A DNA stretch of 64,000 nt from positions 533 to 64,532 of IMG/VR virus record IMGVR_UViG_3300031525_000009; one strand, given 5' to 3'. Numbering within the stretch: the first letter of the stretch is position 1; every line of letters starts with the position of its first letter. This document shows, piece after piece, positions 39,578-48,398 of this stretch. A program made the translations under genes and the position numbers. Below the pieces are notes generated by a model. That model did no database searches. It was not told where the DNA came from and saw only the letters and a list, made by a program, of their open reading frames with translations. This stretch comes from a virus (Duplodnaviria > Caudoviricetes).

Positions 39578-40401
39578 AAAAGCTCAATGAATATACTGCA
39601 CCGCGACGCAGTACTCCGCTAAAACCTGCGCGCTCCATCGAGAGCCGCATCAAGCCGCTTTCCGAAGTCGAGCGCCACATCGCCATGTTATGTTATGGCG
39701 ATCAGAAGACTGGCAAGACGGTCTTCGCATGCACGTTTCCCAAACCACTGCTGCTGATCGACATCTTGGAAGAAGGCACCGACTCTGTGATTGACGTGGA
39801 CGGGGTGGACGTCATCTCCGCAACCAGCACGCAGGAGCTTGAGGATCTATACTGGCACTTGGAGAGTGACGACAAGTACCGATCTGTCGTGTTGGATCAG
39901 ATGACCGGACTGCAGGCGTTAGTGATCCGTGAGATGAAGGAGAAGAAGAACCAGCGCGCGGATGATGTCTTCTCACAGCGTTCGTATGGGCAACTCGGCG
40001 GTTGGATGACCCAGTGGATTCTCAACTACCGCAATCTCATCAAAACCGGCAAGCACGTCTGTTTCCTCTCGCACCAGAAACGCATTGAACCGCAGGACGA
40101 GGACGACGACCGGCTGGCGCCTGAAATCACCGCAGCACTGACCGCGGCAACAACCAATTTCCTACTGGGTGCAGTCTCCGTGATTGGCAACCAATTTGTG
40201 CGCGAGAGCTATGACAAGAAGACCAAGGAGACTGAGATGCAGTACTGCATGCGTCTCGTCTCAGGCTTCTACCGTTGCGGCATCCGTCGCCCGGTGTCCG
40301 CGGGTCCCGTGCCGGAATATATCGTTAATCCGACATTCGGTAAAATAATGCGGTTATCCAAAGGCGAGTCGTTGGCTCGCAAGGTAGTCAAGAAGGTATG
40401 A
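39574..40401 (+). CDS. AAA_24 / Sak4-like ATPase
   Basis: 'YGDQKTGKT..PKPLLIDI.EEG', 'VVLDQMT', 'FLSH'; lies between nuclease and SSB. Confidence 0.8.
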   Translation: MKKLNEYTAPRRSTPLKPARSIESRIKPLSEVERHIAMLCYGDQKTGKTVFACTFPKPLLLIDILEEGTDSVIDVDGVDVISATSTQELEDLYWHLESDDKYRSVVLDQMTGLQALVIREMKEKKNQRADDVFSQRSYGQLGGWMTQWILNYRNLIKTGKHVCFLSHQKRIEPQDEDDDRLAPEITAALTAATTNFLLGAVSVIGNQFVRESYDKKTKETEMQYCMRLVSGFYRCGIRRPVSAGPVPEYIVNPTFGKIMRLSKGESLARKVVKKV

Positions 40402-40691
40402 ACATCATCAAGTCTCAGTCTCTTGGTGCGGTCGTGCTGCCCCTCGTGCAAGTTATGGCGGACGCGGATCTGTCGTGGTCCGACCGCGAGAAAATCTCTG
40501 CGGCTATCCATAAGTGTCACCGACAGTGGACTGACATGGAGAAAGAGCGGCAAGCGGCAAACTCTCAATCCGGGTATGGCCTGCAGGGGCCTGGGGGGCA
40601 AATAGGCCAAGTGGCAAACTCTCAATCCGGGCATACACCGCAGGGGCTTATGGAGCAAATAGGCCAAGTCTTTCCTAACTCACCACTATAA
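40398..40691 (+). CDS. Hypothetical protein with a 20-aa tandem repeat
   Basis: ANSQSG..QIGQV occurs twice. Confidence 0.55.
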   Translation: MNIIKSQSLGAVVLPLVQVMADADLSWSDREKISAAIHKCHRQWTDMEKERQAANSQSGYGLQGPGGQIGQVANSQSGHTPQGLMEQIGQVFPNSPL

Positions 40692-40728
40692 TTGTTTCAA
40701 CCAACCACGTAAGGAGTGATTCGCACAC

Positions 40729-41463
40729 ATGGCAAAAGTAAAGCGTCGAGTGAAAGGTAACGTTATCCACGTCGATTTCAGCGGGGTCAAATCCGGAGGC
40801 GCGACGATCCCGGACGGTCGCTACGCCGCTAAGGTTACCGCAGTTGAGCAGAAAGAAGGCAAGGAGTCCGGCGAGCCCTACGTAGAGCTGACGTGGGAAG
40901 TCACCTCTCAGAAGTGCAGCGGGCGGGAAGTAAAATTCGATAACTACTCATTGCAACCGCAGGCATTGTGGCGGCTCAAAGGGCTGTTGGAAGCGCTGGA
41001 GATTGACGTACCGGACGACGAGATGGATGTTGACTTTGATGGCATTGTCGCGGATGAGACGGAATGCATCATCGAGATCACGGGGCAAGACTCGCAGGAC
41101 GGCCAACGCAAGTACGCTCGCGTCACAGGGCACGCGCCGCTGTCGGACGGGGGCACCGTGGACGACGAGGAGGAGGACGATCCGAAGCCTAAGAAAAAGT
41201 CCGCTAAAGACGAAGAGGAAGAAGACGACGCCCCTCCGCGTCGGGCCGGCAAGAAAGCCGCCAAGGACGAAGAGGAGGAAGAGGACGATCCAAAGCCGTC
41301 CAACAAGAAGCTCAAGAGGGGCGCTAAGGTGAAATTCAAAGACGAGAAAAACAAGCTCACCAAGGGCACCATCGAGAGTGTGGACGGCGACACCGCAACC
41401 GTGGTGACAGATAGTGAGGATACTTACGAAATAGACTGTGAGGAACTCACCGTCATCGGCTAA
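40729..41463 (+). CDS. SSB-like protein (DUF669-type) with acidic/Lys-rich linker
   Basis: 'IPDGRYAAKV..G.PYVEL.WEV..ALWRLKGLLEAL'; AAGGAG RBS. Confidence 0.7.
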   Translation: MAKVKRRVKGNVIHVDFSGVKSGGATIPDGRYAAKVTAVEQKEGKESGEPYVELTWEVTSQKCSGREVKFDNYSLQPQALWRLKGLLEALEIDVPDDEMDVDFDGIVADETECIIEITGQDSQDGQRKYARVTGHAPLSDGGTVDDEEEDDPKPKKKSAKDEEEEDDAPPRRAGKKAAKDEEEEEDDPKPSNKKLKRGAKVKFKDEKNKLTKGTIESVDGDTATVVTDSEDTYEIDCEELTVIG

Positions 41464-41481
41464 CGCCGAGCAGAAGTCCCG

Positions 41482-41535
41482 CCCGCGCGCCGAAACGGCC
41501 ACCCGAAAGGGGCTAACTCGCGGTAGGCGCGCGGG
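41482..41535 (+). ncRNA. Candidate structured RNA element
   Basis: 10-bp stem CCCGCGCGCC/GGCGCGCGGG enclosing a CCC-GAAA-GGG hairpin. Confidence 0.4.
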
Positions 41536-41553
41536 GTTTGGGCTAGGAACGAC

Positions 41554-41754
41554 ATGAAACCGCATTACTTCGATCAAACAACTGCCGACCCTGACGACAT
41601 GCAATTGAGCATGGCGAAGCACCAAGGCTATGTGCCCAAGACGTGCTTACTGGGGGGTATAACCGTAATGAGTGAAGTAACCTTGGGCAACAACCCGTGT
41701 TGGGGGTGTGAAGGCCCTAGGGAGAGATGTGCGGGGAAACCTAAAAAGCCGTGA
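41554..41754 (+). CDS. Small Cys-containing hypothetical protein
   Basis: 'TCLL..PCWGCEGPRERC'. Confidence 0.55.
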   Translation: MKPHYFDQTTADPDDMQLSMAKHQGYVPKTCLLGGITVMSEVTLGNNPCWGCEGPRERCAGKPKKP

Positions 41755-43097
41755 AACTCCGTCCGTACCAGAAAGAAGCCGTCGCCAAAGCGCTCTCCGT
41801 CATGCGCAAAGGGGGCGGCTTTGCGTTGTGGCTTGAAATGCGCACGGGGAAAACACTCACGTCGCTGGCAATTGCTAACGTGTTGCAACCCAAACACCTG
41901 TGGGTCATCTGCCCCAAGGCCGGCGGCGCAGCGCCCGAGGTGTGGTGGCGCGAGATCGGCAAATGGATGAAGCTCCACAACGGGTTGGATGATACCCAGA
42001 TCCGCATCGAGAATTACGAGCAATGGGTCGCTAAACGCAAACAGCTCTACAAGGAGGCGAAGAGCCTGTCTGACTTGATGATTGTCTGCGACGAGTCGCA
42101 CTACATCAAAGCCCGTGGCGCGGCTCGCTCACGCACGGTGCGCCGACTAGGGCGCTTCGCCCGCTGGCGCTTGGCGCTGACCGGAACTCCGATCGCGCAA
42201 GGCATCCAGGATGCGTGGTCCCAATTTGATTTTATCGACCCCGCCATTTTCGGTCGGTTCGATAACACCTACGAAGCGGATCACAAAACACTGATCGAAG
42301 AAGGCTTCGAGGGCCGCTACCTGATTCGCGGGGGTTACAAAAAGCACGACGTAGTGGGATTCAAGAACGAAGACGAATTCTACCGAAAGTTCCACGCGCA
42401 CTCATACCGCAAGACGCTGCGCGAAGCGCGCGACAAGCCGCTGATGTTGAAGTACACGGAAGTACCTGTGCAGCTCAAACCGGCTACCCGCGTTGCCTAC
42501 GAAGAGCTGAAACAGGATCTGATTACCGAAGTCAATAAGCGCACCGTCAAAGTCAAGAACGTGTTAGCGAGCCTCATCAAGCTGCAGCAGGTAACGGGCG
42601 GTAGTGTGCTAAGCGCCCCCGAGGAATGCGAGGACAAACCCGTCTTGGTGGATATCAGCCGCGAGAAGCTCTACGCCCTGACGGTGCTCCTGAAAAAAAT
42701 CCCGCGGGAGGATAAATTTATCGTTATCGCACGCTTTCGGCATGAAATCGACCGCATTGCGGCTGAGCTGGCCCGCGTCGGGTATCGCGTCGGGATCGTA
42801 CGCGGCGGAGAGCCCTATGACGGCAAGTTCAAACAGGACTGTCTCGTGATGCAGATTCAGTCGGGCATCGCTGTGGACATGTCCGCGGCCAACTACATCA
42901 TCGGGTACAGCATCGATTTCAGCATGCTCAACTTCGAACAGGCGCGGTTCCGAATACTCGATTTTGAAAAGCCTGTCGGGCACTACTATTTCCTTAACGC
43001 TACTGATACTATCGATGAAGACATCTTCTTAGCGATAACACGCAAGAAACACGTAGCGACCCTGATTTGCGACACCTACAGGACGAGAACAACGTGA
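41751..43097 (+). CDS. SNF2-like helicase
   Basis: 'EMRTGKT', 'DESH', 'LTGTP', 'WSQF.FI', 'KLQQV'; motif VI degenerate (QARFRI). Confidence 0.85.
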   Translation: MKLRPYQKEAVAKALSVMRKGGGFALWLEMRTGKTLTSLAIANVLQPKHLWVICPKAGGAAPEVWWREIGKWMKLHNGLDDTQIRIENYEQWVAKRKQLYKEAKSLSDLMIVCDESHYIKARGAARSRTVRRLGRFARWRLALTGTPIAQGIQDAWSQFDFIDPAIFGRFDNTYEADHKTLIEEGFEGRYLIRGGYKKHDVVGFKNEDEFYRKFHAHSYRKTLREARDKPLMLKYTEVPVQLKPATRVAYEELKQDLITEVNKRTVKVKNVLASLIKLQQVTGGSVLSAPEECEDKPVLVDISREKLYALTVLLKKIPREDKFIVIARFRHEIDRIAAELARVGYRVGIVRGGEPYDGKFKQDCLVMQIQSGIAVDMSAANYIIGYSIDFSMLNFEQARFRILDFEKPVGHYYFLNATDTIDEDIFLAITRKKHVATLICDTYRTRTT

Positions 43098-43905
43098 AAG
43101 AAATACCGCGCTATCGAATGAACGGCCAAGCTTTTGCCAACCCAACAACCGAGGGTGAATGGTGCTATTGGGTGGACGTCGAAGCGCTTCAAGCCGAGTT
43201 GAATGACGTACGCGCTAAGGCGCTTGCAGCAGTGTGGTCATTGCCCGAAGACGCAAACCACGCTAATCTGCATGCGCTGTACGAAGAGGCTCGCGACGTC
43301 TTCCTGGGCAAAGACAAGCAAATCGTCTCGAAGTTGCAGGACGAGCTAGCCTACGCTCGCGAAGCATACCTGCATGCAGTGCGTCCACCGACTCCCGGCG
43401 TCAACGCGGTATACGGGGTCAGATCAGACGACAAAGCGGAGCTGCGCTATTCTTTGATGATTACCGGGGTCCGTCGGGCCAACAACGGTGGACTTGAAAT
43501 CGAGGTGCAACTGCCATGACCGACACCGAACCGCGCCGCATTCGTAAAATTGTTCGCGAACCCGTTAAGGCGCCCTTCTTCGGCCCGGAAACCGGCAACC
43601 GACTGCTCAACGAGAAAGAGCGACAGACGGTACCCAAACAAATCGCAGACGGGGTTAACCAGGATTTGCGTATACCGCACTCCACTCCGCGGGTAGTAGA
43701 AGGCTACGTGACGTTGCCGCAGTTGGCCGCGCAACTCAATATGCAGGCGCAGCTTGCCCGGCTGTGGGTCAAAGCCGCCGGGATCAAGAAGCCTGCTGAC
43801 GGACGCTGGCGGTGGAAAGAAGGCTCACGCGAGCTGAGCCGAGTACGCAAGGCGCTGGCGCGGCCGGTGCCGATGAATTCCCCATTGAAGGATAAAACGC
43901 AATGA
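43094..43905 (+). other. Two hypothetical genes (43094-43519; 43516-43905 with a possible HTH)
   Basis: Coupled ORFs; 'VTLPQLAAQLNMQAQLARLWVK'. Confidence 0.5.
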
Positions 43906-44106
43906 CACCTAAAGAGAAAGCAGCTATTTTACTGTGCGCACAAAATATCAGCGAAGCTGCGCTGAGTGTACAGGATACAGCACCCTACGAGAGCGAACAG
44001 TACGCTTTGGCAGAACAGATTTATGACCTAGCCAACAAGCTAGAAGAATCGGTGTCAAAATAAGCAACGCACACGCGCTGGGGTTGAATAAATAGGAGCA
44101 TTCAAC

Positions 44107-44370
44107 ATGAGCGAACTGACGACCGTTCAGAAAAACGTGCTGCGTTACGTACAGGAACGTCTGCAAGCGGGTATGCCGCCCACGCGTGCCCAGATCGCGC
44201 AACACTTCATGTGGCGATCTGCCAATGCTGCACAAGAGCACTTGGCGGCTATCGCGAGGAAAGGCTACATACGATTGATCGGTGGAGCACGCGGAATTGA
44301 GCTGGTTAGCAAGGACCCTATGGTGTGCGTTCACTGTGGGCAATTGCTCCCCCCCAAGAGCGTACCGTGA
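44107..44370 (+). CDS. LexA-like N-terminal DNA-binding domain without peptidase domain
   Basis: 'LTTVQ..GMPPTRAQIAQHFMWRSANAAQEHLAAIARKGYI..ARGIEL' followed by CVHCG. Confidence 0.85.
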   Translation: MSELTTVQKNVLRYVQERLQAGMPPTRAQIAQHFMWRSANAAQEHLAAIARKGYIRLIGGARGIELVSKDPMVCVHCGQLLPPKSVP

Positions 44371-44520
44371 ATCCCGCACCGCCCGAAGATGCGTGGGACT
44401 TGCTTAATCGCAAGTTAGCGGAAGGACGAAAAGCAGCGGAGGAAAAACAGATCCAAGACTTTTGGAGCAAGAAAGTTGCCGACTTGCTGGCAGAGCCTGA
44501 AGAGTTGCAGGAGAAGCCCC

Positions 44521-44967
44521 GTGAGCGAAGCTAGCTTTTGGACGTATCTCTCTAAGCTCCTCCCGAAAGAGGGGCATTATTCCCGTATTGAGAGTCACGA
44601 CACCGCAAGCGGGTTTCCCGATGTGGTCTATACCCTGAACGGCAGCAGCGGCACAATCGAGTTGAAAGACGCCAAGCGCCCCGGCGCAAAGCACCCCTTC
44701 AAAGGCGAGAGCGGGTTGCGCAAGAGTCAAATTACCTGGATAAACGAGGAACTAGCCGCGAACGGTGACCGAATATTTCTAGCGCTCCAATGTGGGGATC
44801 GGGTGTACCTGCTGGAAGCCGAACTGTATTACGACGAGCTGCACCGCATGACGGAAGACGATATCAAACGTGTTGCTACTGTACACTGGGTGAAAGGCAA
44901 GTTGCGCAAAGACGAATTCCCGCCGCTGACCCCGGATATTCGTGATTTGTTGACAGGTACGTTGTGA
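44521..44967 (+). CDS. VRR-NUC / Holliday-junction-resolvase-like nuclease
   Basis: 'SEASFW..RIE..GFPDV..IELK..LRKSQITW'. Confidence 0.75.
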   Translation: MSEASFWTYLSKLLPKEGHYSRIESHDTASGFPDVVYTLNGSSGTIELKDAKRPGAKHPFKGESGLRKSQITWINEELAANGDRIFLALQCGDRVYLLEAELYYDELHRMTEDDIKRVATVHWVKGKLRKDEFPPLTPDIRDLLTGTL

Positions 44968-45230
44968 CCCTACGCATTCCTAAAACTGTGTTCGTGCCGT
45001 TCGAGTTCGGCCCAGGGAAGCGCCCTCCGGGCATCAAGCGGGATGATCTGCCGCGATTCAAAGAGCCCGAGGAAGCGGCGCAGTACCTGTTGGATAACCC
45101 CACCGTAAGTTGGCGCGATGGTAAGCCGGTGTTCCTGCAGTGGCAGGAGCGCCATGAACCAGAGTTGATTAAAGAATTCCTACGCGGGGTAGGGACGCCT
45201 GAATGGTTAACGTTGGGGGTAAAACTCTAA
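44964..45230 (+). CDS. Hypothetical protein
   Basis: Last plus-strand ORF, coupled. Confidence 0.5.
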   Translation: MTLRIPKTVFVPFEFGPGKRPPGIKRDDLPRFKEPEEAAQYLLDNPTVSWRDGKPVFLQWQERHEPELIKEFLRGVGTPEWLTLGVKL

Positions 45231-45235
45231 GTTAG

Positions 45236-45317
45236 GCGGGTTCGAGTCCCGCACCTGCGCCGGAGCAGGTAAACGTGACTGGTGGTCACACGAGGGTTTT
45301 GACAGTACCCTATCCGG
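45236..45317 (+). ncRNA. tRNA-like multi-hairpin element
   Basis: T-arm GCGGG-TTCGAGT-CCCGC followed by three further hairpins, at the convergence of the two operons. Confidence 0.4.
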
Positions 45318-45318
45318 A

Positions 45319-46143
45319 CTAACCCCCCATCTGTGAGGGCTGACTCGCGCCCATCTGTGTCAAGCCCTGCGTAGCGGGAGCTAGCCCCTGTCCCGTCTGC
45401 AACGCGTGCGCAGCGAGTCTCACAACCGGGTGCTGCATCGCATGGGGGGAGGCGTGCAACGTGGCGGCGGCAGATGAAGCATCTTTGTTCTTCAGATGCG
45501 CCAACGCATTGCGTATTGCGGTGACCGCTTGCGGGGGAAGCTGAGGCACTGCGCCCCCTTGCGCATAATCGCCCTGCTGCGGGGTCGCTGGCTGCGTAGG
45601 CCCGGGGTACGTGCCGTCCACCACCGCGTTTTCGTTCGCTTCGCGAGCTGCCTGTAGCTCACGACGCGGGCGGTCGATCATGTAATCTTTGAGCGCCGCG
45701 AGTGCATCTTTGACCGCACCGCTCATCCCGGGCGAGCCCGGAGAAGACGAGTTTACTTCACCCCCCGCATCGTAGTGACCCCCGCGGCGTAACGCGGGCA
45801 TCCGCATTCGTGCCCCGCCCATGTGCTGGTCAATGTTGTGGAGCGTGCCGGCGAGCGGCACATGCGGGGGGCGCATCGGGTTGCCCACCCCCATCGGGTG
45901 CCCGAGGTGCGGCATCGATGAGCGCATGGACATGGGGTTGCCTTCGAGCTGTGCGAGGGGGGAAATTGCCCCGCCCGCAGCGTGATGGTGTTGCATAGCG
46001 TGACTCAGTAGGGCAGAGCCCTTGTCGGCTTGATTAAATTCGATTGCGACCGCTTGCGACGGGGCATGCTTGAGCCCCGTAGGGTGCCAGCCGTGGGCGA
46101 TGGCTGCCATTAGCCGAGCCTGCGGTTCGCTGGAGGAGGGCAC
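45319..46143 (-). CDS. Low-complexity late/internal virion protein
   Basis: GTG start overlapping the upstream TAG; 'PSSSEPQARLMAAIAH..EFNQAD' N-terminus; several AxGG motifs. Confidence 0.65.
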   Translation of the reverse strand: MPSSSEPQARLMAAIAHGWHPTGLKHAPSQAVAIEFNQADKGSALLSHAMQHHHAAGGAISPLAQLEGNPMSMRSSMPHLGHPMGVGNPMRPPHVPLAGTLHNIDQHMGGARMRMPALRRGGHYDAGGEVNSSSPGSPGMSGAVKDALAALKDYMIDRPRRELQAAREANENAVVDGTYPGPTQPATPQQGDYAQGGAVPQLPPQAVTAIRNALAHLKNKDASSAAATLHASPHAMQHPVVRLAAHALQTGQGLAPATQGLTQMGASQPSQMGG

Positions 46144-48398
46144 TACTGCGCCCCCGATTGTTGCAACTGCTGCTGCAGTTGGCTCAAGCGCTGGGCTGCT
46201 TGCTGTTGATCCCACGATTGAATCGCCTGCTCGACGGGGGAAGAGCTGCTCACGCTGCCTCCGCCTGCGTACCCGCGGTCCTGTCGATCGAGTGCGGCCC
46301 GGATTCGATCCAGCGGGCTGCCAGTTGCCCCGCCCGGGCCTTCGAGGCGCAGATCGCCGGCCACCTTGCGCAGTCGATCGGCTGCGAGCTTGTTCCGAAA
46401 TGCGAGCTGTGCCGGGGACGGTCCCGGAGATGGGGCGGTCGCGAGTTCCGGCGCGCCGGAAGGAGTCCTAACGGTCGGCTGATTGGGTGACTTCGCCGGG
46501 GGGCGGTAAGTGACCGCAGGAGCCCCTATGGGCGGGCGTTGTGTACCCCCCTGCTCTAAAACGTTCTCGAAGGGAATTCCCTCGAGGGAACTTCCTGAAG
46601 GGGCAGAGGGGGTTGCGGGGGGCGCGATCGAGAAGTCTCCCCACTTCTGTGGCCCTTGAAAGTCCACGGGCTCTGCGGGCCGCTCTGGAGGCGTCGCGAG
46701 CTGCTGACGCAGTGCGGCAAGACGCGCGGCTCCGGGGTGTTGGAGTCCGGCAGCTTGCACGTCCGGCGTAAGCCCTAGATTTTCCAAGGTATTAGCGGTT
46801 GAAGCCCCTCCACCCGCATTCACCATGGAGGGGGACGGAAGGCGTAGCGGGGGTCCAGGGAGCGGCGAAGAGGGCGCCAAGTTCCAACCGGTCGGCATTG
46901 GCTCTCCTCGCCGGAAGTAGCTGAGTGCAGGGTTCGTATCCGCGGCCGCGGCGAGATCAGGGTTTCCCCGAGTCCGCAACTGTTCGAGCTTCGCGCGGAT
47001 CAACGGACCTGCGACCGCGCCCGCCATCCCGCCGACGCCTGGGATGCCGGCAGCGTGCCCCGCTAATTCACCCGCCCCTGCGCCCAGCGCAGCCCCGCTG
47101 AAATCGAATCCTGCCGCAGCTCCCGGGGGCAGGCCGTTCGCGACGTGCCCCACGATCGCAGCGTTACCGGTCAGTAGCCCGGGGTTCTTCTCAGCCGTGC
47201 GCGCGTAGACAGAGGGGTCAAAATGCTCTCCTCGCAGTGCGCCTTGCGCTTGGTAGTTCTTCGCCATGACGGTGCGGGCCGCTTTCCAGTCATCCAAACT
47301 AACATCACTATCCTCAGCCTCACCCAGCCGCCTGCCCGCGAATTCTTCGTACGCGTTGGCAAGGCTATGGTACGCATCTCCTAGAGCCCCCTTGTCGGGG
47401 TCATCCGATTTCCAATGCGCCTTGGCCCGCTCGCGCGCTTCGCGGATGTTGGCGAACAGCTCATCCCGCGTGAAGTCTGGTTTCGCCAGCATCGTCTCTT
47501 GCAGCGCGTCCACATCGGGGGAGCGGGGCAGTTGGCTAGTTTGATCGGGGAGGTTACCCAAATCCGTCTGCAGCTCGGGGTCTTGGGTTAGTTTCTCCGG
47601 GATAGCCTCCTCCGCGGCGCGGTACACCTTACCCGGACCTACTTTGATGGCGTTCTGTAACGCAGCCACGCTAGGAGGTTGCCCGGGGACCATCCCTGCA
47701 TCCTTGCTGATGAGCACATCCGTGATAGCTTGATTGCCCGGGGCGCGCAAATCCATCCGCGTCTTGAGCCCGGTGTACCCGACTGCTTTTCCGACTTCAT
47801 CAGATGAACGCGCAATTTCCTGGGCCGTGACTTGCTCCGGCGTGAGTGCGCGTGCCCCAGGGATTCCCACCAACGCTGCGATGTCTGGAACGGCTTCCTC
47901 AGTCGCTTCGAGCGCCCCACGCGCAGCGGGGGGAAGATTACCTACCGCTTTATCGATAGGCGCAGCAACCGCTTCAGCGCCTTTCTGCGCAAGCCCCATG
48001 CCTTGCACCACGGGGTCATTCGACGGGGGTAGCTCAGTAGCTTGGTTCACCGCACCCTGCACTTTCTGCACAGTGTCGGGTCCACCAACTAGTCCCGCAA
48101 TGCCGCTGGCCGCTTTTCCCCCAAGGCGCACGGCGCCTTGCACGGCGCGCTCAGCCATCCCAACGCCCGGCAAATCTCCAAGAGCCCGCATCACATCCGA
48201 GAAATTCTCATCGTGACGCAGAGTCTGTCTACCATCGTCGCCCGTCACTGCATAGAAGCCTGTCGGGGCTTTTCCCCCGGGCGGTAAGGGATCGTAATCT
48301 TTCGGTGGACCTGCAGGTAGCGCACTCCCCACAGGCTTTGCAGACGCCAAATCAAACCCCGCACCGACGGGTTGTGCGCTAGCCAAATCGAAGGCCAT
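46143..48398 (-). CDS. Putative internal virion / DNA ejection protein
   Basis: 751 aa, A/G/P-rich; N-terminal FDLASA.PV repeated twice; lies after the tail genes. Confidence 0.6.
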   Translation of the reverse strand: MAFDLASAQPVGAGFDLASAKPVGSALPAGPPKDYDPLPPGGKAPTGFYAVTGDDGRQTLRHDENFSDVMRALGDLPGVGMAERAVQGAVRLGGKAASGIAGLVGGPDTVQKVQGAVNQATELPPSNDPVVQGMGLAQKGAEAVAAPIDKAVGNLPPAARGALEATEEAVPDIAALVGIPGARALTPEQVTAQEIARSSDEVGKAVGYTGLKTRMDLRAPGNQAITDVLISKDAGMVPGQPPSVAALQNAIKVGPGKVYRAAEEAIPEKLTQDPELQTDLGNLPDQTSQLPRSPDVDALQETMLAKPDFTRDELFANIREARERAKAHWKSDDPDKGALGDAYHSLANAYEEFAGRRLGEAEDSDVSLDDWKAARTVMAKNYQAQGALRGEHFDPSVYARTAEKNPGLLTGNAAIVGHVANGLPPGAAAGFDFSGAALGAGAGELAGHAAGIPGVGGMAGAVAGPLIRAKLEQLRTRGNPDLAAAADTNPALSYFRRGEPMPTGWNLAPSSPLPGPPLRLPSPSMVNAGGGASTANTLENLGLTPDVQAAGLQHPGAARLAALRQQLATPPERPAEPVDFQGPQKWGDFSIAPPATPSAPSGSSLEGIPFENVLEQGGTQRPPIGAPAVTYRPPAKSPNQPTVRTPSGAPELATAPSPGPSPAQLAFRNKLAADRLRKVAGDLRLEGPGGATGSPLDRIRAALDRQDRGYAGGGSVSSSSPVEQAIQSWDQQQAAQRLSQLQQQLQQSGAQ

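Noticed and set aside
39484-39700. Diverged direct repeat as a DGR template/variable pair
   Set aside because: Mismatches are not adenine-specific and no reverse transcriptase is present
44107-44370. CI-type repressor of a lysogeny switch
   Set aside because: No peptidase domain, embedded in the replication operon, and no integration or partition genes seen
45236-45261. tRNA 3' fragment as attP
   Set aside because: No integrase or excisionase in the window and no CCA end; it cannot be excluded if an integrase lies outside the window
45299-45327. TTGACA as a -35 promoter element
   Set aside because: No -10-like hexamer at 16-18 bp spacing
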